A stretch of 64,000 nt of DNA, taken from the human T2T-CHM13v2.0 reference genome, Homo sapiens. Location: NCBI RefSeq assembly GCF_009914755.1, contig NC_060925.1. One strand, given 5' to 3'. Shown here piece by piece: positions 57,553 to 64,000 of this stretch; within the stretch, counting starts at the first letter, position 1; each line of letters begins with the position of its first letter. Under the pieces are notes generated by a model, which saw only the letters and a list, made by a program, of their open reading frames with translations, did not search any database and was not told where the DNA came from. The position numbers and the translations under genes are program-made.

Positions 57553-60500
57553 ACTCAGGCACCTAGAGCCTTCTCATCCTGCACTTTGAGTCCCCCCTCC
57601 CCTTGCCCATCCTTGCCCATCCTTCAAGGCCTCAGTCAAAAGCCATCTTTTACAAATTGTCTCTGGTTGACTTTCCTTTTTTTCCCTCTTAGAAGAAGCG
57701 ATGCTGTCCTCAATCATCAAGCGTTCACTAGGCGCTTGGTGTGTGCCAGGCCCCGATGTGGGTCTTGGGCATGTTCCAGTTCTCACGTCCTCAGGGCTCC
57801 TTGGTGAGTCGAGGGTGAGGAGGACACAGAGGCACAGGAGGCCATGGGGCAGGTCTGGGTGCACTCAGGCTCCAGAGCTCAGCCCTCCCTGCTGAGTCAG
57901 GGCGAGCAGGATAGACGCCTGCTCCTGGAACTCAGTGGGTGAGGTGGACACGCATGCAGGGAGGTACCAGCCTCAGGGGCTGTGGAACAGAGAAAGGGAG
58001 CTTCCAGGACATCAAACAATTCCTGGAGTGCCAGGGCAAGAGGGGAATCTGGGTGGAGGAAAGTGTGAACAGGGCAGAGGTTGGAAGTGGTTGTGGCCCC
58101 CGAGCATGTCGGAGGCGACTGAGCTGCTCCTTGACTTTGGGCATCTTTGTTCGTCTCTGCATTTGCACATTTGTTGAACAAACCTACTGAGACACTTGTT
58201 TTCTTTCCATGGTCCATACATTAGGAATATAGAGTTAGCTTCCTGGGGAACATTTTAAGACGTATTCTTAGAGAAGAAACCAGGAGGCATCCTTGTGGGA
58301 CGTTGGTCCAGGATCTTGGGTGTGTCCTTTGGTCTTTTGTGGGTCAGGTTAGCAGGAATTGTGTCCTGAGGTGTTGGAACTGCAAAGTGCAGGTTCCCTC
58401 CTGCCCGCACTGATGCCTTCAGGGAATGGCCTGTCCGCTTTTCTAAGAAGAACACTTAACTCAGCCTTGGCTGACTTCAGCTACCTGTGCTTTCTCCAGC
58501 CAGGCTCTGTGTTTTGTGCTTTTACTCTCAAAACAACCCTATTATTATCCGTGTCCCACAGATGAGGATGCTGAGCCCCTGAGAGGCTCAGTAGGTGCCT
58601 GAAGGCATTCCAGCCAAGAGGTGGCAGAGCCAGGGCCAGCCTGGCCTGAGGACTCTGAAGCTCCCACAGGCACAGCTCCTTCATGCCAGCTCTGTGTCAG
58701 GATTTTCTGTGGTCATCACAGCCATCTTCCTGGTCGGCTAAGTTACAGACAGGGTGGAACTAGGATGGCCAAGCTGGAAGCAGAGCTCATTCCTGAGCAG
58801 GGCACCCGGGCCCTGCCTACGGTGCTGGGCAGGCTTCTGGTGTGGAGGGTGGGCTCAGATCCTGCTGTCCCTGTGGCTGTGGGAGGCTTTTCTAGGCACC
58901 CTCCTGACTGCTAACACCAGGAGGGCCTATGATATGGGACCGCTGCCCCATGACGTGTGCCAGGTTTCTGCACGCGACTGCTGGGAAAGGCTGGCCCTGG
59001 GCTGGGTGGACCCGCACTGCCTGCTGGCCCCTGCACCCAGATGGTGCAGCCCACACCCCTCTGATGTCCACCCATGCTCGGCTCTGGGACTTCCCTCCTT
59101 CCACCGTGTCTGACCCTGGTTGCCCTTGTTCTGCCACTGGCTTGTAGCAGCCCTTCCTGAAGCCACGTCCTCCAGGGAGATTTGATTATGTCCTGGTGTT
59201 GCAACCTCGCTAATGCAATCAGGAAGTTTTCTCAAGACTTCAGCTGCTTTGTTGGCAGCCAGGCCTGACTCTCAGCAGCTCTGCAGGCTGGAAGGGCCCA
59301 AGAGACCCCTCACCCACCTGGTGTCTCCAGCAGTGGGGAGGGCTCCGGGGCATAGCCTATTGCTGCTCTGCTCTCCTCCTTTCTTTGGGTAAGCTCCTTT
59401 GCTCTGATTTTATCTGGAATCATCGAGAGCCTCTATCTGTCTAGAAAAAGCACTTAGCAATGAGGAATCAGCACTGCGGAGGATACTCCAGAAAGCAGCC
59501 ATTTTCCATCAAGATTAGGCTCTTAATTGAAAATTTTAAGAGGAGAGGAAATTAGGGGAGAATCCAGATATTCTCTCCATTATGGTAATTGGCTGTAATC
59601 AGAGCCCAAGAGCTGTGTTCAATCCTGGGGGTTCTTCCAGGATTACCAGAGCTGTCATAGTCACCTTCACTGACCTGCACTGGAGTCAGTGGGAGGGGCT
59701 GGCGGGGTCCGGGGCTGCTCTGGCAAGTGGATCCAGGAGGGCTGGGCTGGATCCAGGGGGCTGAGTTCAGAGGGGACTCTGCTTAGCAAGTGTGAAACAC
59801 ACGACAGGGCCTTCCAGGCAGAGGGAAGATTGAGAACTGCGGCCGAGCGAGTGCGTCCAGGGGCCCGAGTTTAGTTGAGGGCCTAAGTTTTCCCAGCAGG
59901 GCAAGGTTGAGGGTGAGGATGCTGCAGGCCAGTTTTGTATGGCCTCAGAATGAGGACAAGAAGGGGGAGATGGGCCACAGGGATGAGGGTGCCTGCTCCC
60001 TGCAGCAGTGTGCACACCACGGCTGTGCAGAGGCAGCAGGTGGCAGGTATTGGGAAGAAGCCCTTCCCTTGTGTGTCCTAGGGGCTGGGCACAGCCTGAT
60101 GGGCCCCCTTTGCTCACAGTTGCAGAAGCCCATCCATGTAGGGTCCTGCTGAACTGGCTTCCATGGGGCTGGGAAGGACTGGCCTGGCCTCTTTGCTCAC
60201 TTCACCTTATGGGCAGTGTCCTGCAGGTTTCTGTGAGCAGAGCAGACAGAAAGGAGATGCCCAGTGACGTCAGCTGTCCCCCACAGAGCTTCCTGGAGCC
60301 TGGGCTCCAGGCTGAGGGTCCTTGGACAGACGTCATCTCCCTGGCTTCAGCAGAATCACCCACAAACCCACCCTGTGCCCACCCTCCCATCACAGAGAGC
60401 AGCTGCTGGAGAAGGCAGCATGAGACTTTGAAGACCTCGAGGAGCAGGAGACACAGGAGACAATGGCCAGGATGGTCATGGTGGCGCGGCTATGCCATCA

Positions 60501-61114
60501 CTGATTTCTGCCTACCTGCCCCCTAAGTCTCACTTGCTACTACTCTCAATTTCCTACTTAATGCTTCAGAGAGCACCAGTCCTGAGATGAGAGGCGGGAT
60601 GTTCACTCTCTGGGAGTTGAGATGGAACCCAGGCAGTTAGAAAAAAGTGCCACAGCCACGTGCCGAGCCTACTACTTGTCAGGAGCTCAGTGAGTCATCC
60701 AATTCCTAAAACAACTGTGCTGCATGTGCTCCACCGCGCCTGGGCGACTCGGGGAAATGGGCTGCGGGAGGCTTAGTGACCTGCCCTGGGTGACACGGAT
60801 GGCATGGATGCCCTGTCCATGCACGGGGCTGTGCTAGGAGAGGACAGGATCATCCCCAGAAGCTGGTCCTGTGTCCACTGCTCACGGTGGCAGCTGCTTG
60901 GGCTGACAACGCCCCCCACCTCCTGATCAGATAGTGATATACTTGGTCCAAACTTCGAAAGTAAAAAAGTTAAAACAGAAAAATAGTCTCCTGGTCATTC
61001 ATGCTCTCTGGTTCCCTTTTCATTAGTATCTCTTTCTCCTTCTATTTATGGATCTAGTTATTTAAAGCACAGATGGTGACATTCTGTACATATTCTGCAT
61101 TTTGCTTTTTAAGT

Positions 61115-61630
61115 CTATTTTATTATGACGTACAATACATATAGAAAAGTGGAAAAAACTGAAATGAATGAATTTTCATGAAGTGAGCATTGGTGTAAAC
61201 TGAGCCAGTACATTGGGAACCCCCTTCATTCTCCCTCCCAGTTACTGCACCATCCCTCCTGCCACCGGTAAATACTGCCCTGACCTTCATGGTAACTACT
61301 TGCTTTGCTTCCATTAGATATTCTATTTTTGTTTCAGCTGTGCTTTTGAACTTTATAGAAATGGATTCATACAGGGTGTATTCCTTCACATTGAGCTGGC
61401 TGTGTGCAGCATTGTGTGCAGTTGTTTCATATTGTAGCCGGGAACAGTGACTCATCTTCATTGCTCTTTAGCATTCCATTGTTTAATTGAATCCCAGTTT
61501 TCTTTTCCACTGTTGGTTGTGTTTAGATTTTTTTCAGTTTGGGGTTACTATGAAGGATGCTATAAAGAGCATTCTTGTACATGGCTCTTGTAGCACAGTG
61601 AACACATTTCTGTTGGGTGTAGAGATGTAC

Positions 61631-61675
<45 letters not shown>

Positions 61676-61760
61676 CACCCCAAGGGGTAAAATTGTTGGA
61701 TGTACATACCTTTGACTTCAGTAAATCATGCCAAACTGCTTTCCAAAGTGGTTGTTCATC
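61115..61760 (-). mobile_element. Old L1M 3' fragment with an embedded (TG)n(TA)n
   Basis: TTTTGAACTTTATAGAAATGGA...TTTTCAGTTTGGGGTTACTATGAA...GCCAAACTGCTTTCCAAAGTGGTTG. Confidence 0.65.
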
Positions 61761-62153
61761 TTTTTTTCCTTTTGTTTTTCAGTGGATCCTTATAGTTTGG
61801 GATTCTTCCATAATGGTACATATAGATGTGTCTCATTTTTTTAAACAGTTGCATAGTTTTCACAGCATGGACATAACATGATTTATTTAACCTGTCTTCT
61901 GTTGTTGGACTTCGTTATATTTATACTCAAACAATGCCACAATGAATAACCTTCTTCATAAGTTAATTAAATACTCGATGAAAAATACAGGTTTTTTTTC
62001 AGTTTATAAAAGTAATACTTGCTCACTGAGGAAAAAAAATCTGTAAATTACAGAAAAACACAAAGGAAATATATCCTCTGATACAACCAGAAAGAAAACT
62101 ACTTTTCCTATGTTGTGCGTAGCTCTCTAGTTTTTTCTTTCTTTATATCAATT

Positions 62154-62156
<3 letters not shown>

Positions 62157-62185
<29 letters not shown>

Positions 62186-62471
62186 GGAGACAGGGTCTCA
62201 CTGTGTCACCCAGGCCAGAGTGCAGTGGCATGATCACAGCTCACTGAAGCCTCGACTTCCCAGGCTTAAGTGATCCTCCTACCTCACTCAGCCTCCCGAG
62301 TAGTTGGGACCACAGGCATGTGCCACCACATCTGGCTATTTTTAATATTTTTTGTATAGATGGGGTTTCGCCATGCTGCTCAGGCAGGTCTCAAACTCCT
62401 GGCCTCAAGCCATCTGCTTGTGTTGGCCTCCCAAAGTGCTGGATTACAGGCATGCACCACCACCCCCGGCC
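62157..62471 (-). mobile_element. AluJ-like element
   Basis: poly(T), GAGACAGGGTCTCACT..., TSD-like AATTG(G/A)ATTTT. Confidence 0.92.
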
Positions 62472-63284
62472 TAATTGAATTTTTATTTTGGAAGAACCAT
62501 ATACCTTTATACATATTCTTTCTATGACTTATTTTCTGTAGTTGAAGTTCAAGGGTGTTTGACAGTGTGATGTGGTTATTGTTAACCTGTATGTGGGGGC
62601 ATACAGATATGTTTTTTTACTTTTTCCCATAAGGCTAAGATCATCTCCAGAAATATTAATTTTTTAGACAGTGTGATTATAGTTATTTAATACTCATACT
62701 TATCAAAATATTATATGTTAAAACCAATAACCATCTGAACTTATTTGAATATAGTTTTTCCTATTCTGTTCTTAGAAATTTCAGTCACTAACAATCTTTA
62801 CACTTAGAAAGTGTTTTAATTTTACTTTGATGACAGGAATAGTGTTCTTCTCAATGAAATATAGAATAGCAGCTTATAAGTGATAACTGTTTTCATTCTG
62901 TTTTTAAGAGAAAATACTTTGGTCTTTTTTACCATGATAGTTTAGTGTGTGATGTCATAAAAATGGGCTGTAGCCATTTAAATTCTTGTTCAAGTGCAGA
63001 AACTAAGAGACTGCAGTTTCTATTAAGCCATGTCAACTCCTATTAGGAGACCTTTAGTGGTTCCAGTTCCAGGGCCTTCTTGAAGAAATTGTGATACTTG
63101 TGTAAGTATATCTAGAGTTTTCTTTCCAGCATTGGCTAAGTCACATAGCTGAGAAATATGATACATGGAGAAGGTTGCTGACTGGATGAACTTTTCTACA
63201 TTGAATACTTTAAATCTGGATTCTAGAATAAAATATATTGATGCATATTTGAGTTGTCAACTGTTTATGTCTTGTTCTTTTCAG

Positions 63285-63393
63285 CTTCAACATTGCTTTA
63301 TGGCATGTGTGGTCGTTTTTCACTCCATTGTTGTTGTTTACCCAGTTTATGGGGGTTGTAATGTTTATCACACTCCTTGGATGATTTCCGAAG
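63285..63393 (+). pseudogene. TMEM128: Duplicated last coding exon of TMEM128 (isolated gene fragment; symbol is the parent gene)
   Basis: TTCTTTTCAG| exon |GTAAGA; 63286-63384 translates [32 protein letters not shown], matching the recalled TMEM128 C-terminus; no upstream TMEM128 exons seen in the window. Confidence 0.88.
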
Positions 63394-63565
63394 GTAAGAT
63401 ATCTGGAATGGTTTTTCTAAAAATGAACTCATTTGAAAAATGTCTTTTATGACAATTTTCAGTGGATGGAGCTGTAACAGACTATTTGTGAATTATTTTC
63501 AGTCATGTTTACACCAGAGTTGTCCACACTAGAATTATCCATTCGTTGAACTCTGAGATAGACTC

Positions 63566-63776
63566 CTTTTTTTTGAGACAGTGTCTCACTCTGTTGTCCA
63601 GGCTGGAGTACAGTGGCATGATCACCGCTCACTGCAGCCTTGACCACCTGGGGGCTCAAGCGATCCTCCCACCTTAGCTTCCCAAGGAGCTGGTATTACA
63701 AACATGTGCTACCACGCTTGGCTAATTTTTAAAATTTTTTTTGTAGAAACAGAGTCTCCTTATTTTGCCCAGGCTG
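63566..63776 (-). mobile_element. Partial AluJ-like element
   Basis: TTTTTTGAGACAGTGTCTCACTCTGTTGTCCAGGCTGGAG... Confidence 0.85.
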
Positions 63777-64000
63777 GCAGGGGTTGGGGGCTGAGACTCT
63801 TTCTTTTGTAAAAGTTGGTTCTAAGTGACTACTTTTTAGAGAAGGTACCCTGCCTTTCAAAGACCTCATAAAGACAGGATTTGTACCTTCCAATATAGTT
63901 AAATTCACACATTAGACCATTTTATGTTGAAATTATATTAATTTGTGTCAGCTTATATTCAATGACTGTTGGCTAGATCATTCTTAAGAAATGGGAATAC

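Noticed and set aside
63165-63452. 95-aa ORF over the TMEM128 exon
   Set aside because: Different frame from the homologous one, and it runs through intronic sequence

Overview
This is primate, very likely human, non-genic DNA. It looks like a pericentromeric or acrocentric-short-arm segmental-duplication mosaic, and I find no intact protein-coding gene. From left to right: (1) 1-12.5 kb is an Alu/L1-dense block with several local tandem and inverted duplications. (2) 12.5-20 kb holds ERV fragments and a diverged unprocessed RALGDS/RGL4-like pseudogene fragment (4 exons, + strand). (3) 20-29 kb is an AT-rich block with L1 pieces and orphan exon-like segments. (4) 29-36.4 kb is a (CATTT/CATCT)n satellite with a ~2.27-kb higher-order period. 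(5) 37.4-43.4 kb is a CAGGG repeat field with an internal inversion. (6) 43.4-46.4 kb has GC-rich ~45-50-bp satellite-like units split by an L1 fragment. (7) 46.5-47.8 kb is an interstitial TAR1 subtelomeric repeat/CpG island with an expanded 44-bp VNTR, no telomeric array, and a strong + strand splice donor at its end. (8) 48-61 kb is a mostly GC-rich block. (9) 61-64 kb is an AT-rich block carrying one intact copy of the last coding exon of TMEM128. Nearly all long ORFs in the track are repeat artefacts. I found no convincing new biological system. The best leads are a TAR1-promoted chimeric transcription unit that may capture orphan exons, the RALGDS-like relic, and several templated-duplication and inversion signatures. 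Repeat family names and protein matches come from recalled consensus sequences, not from searches.
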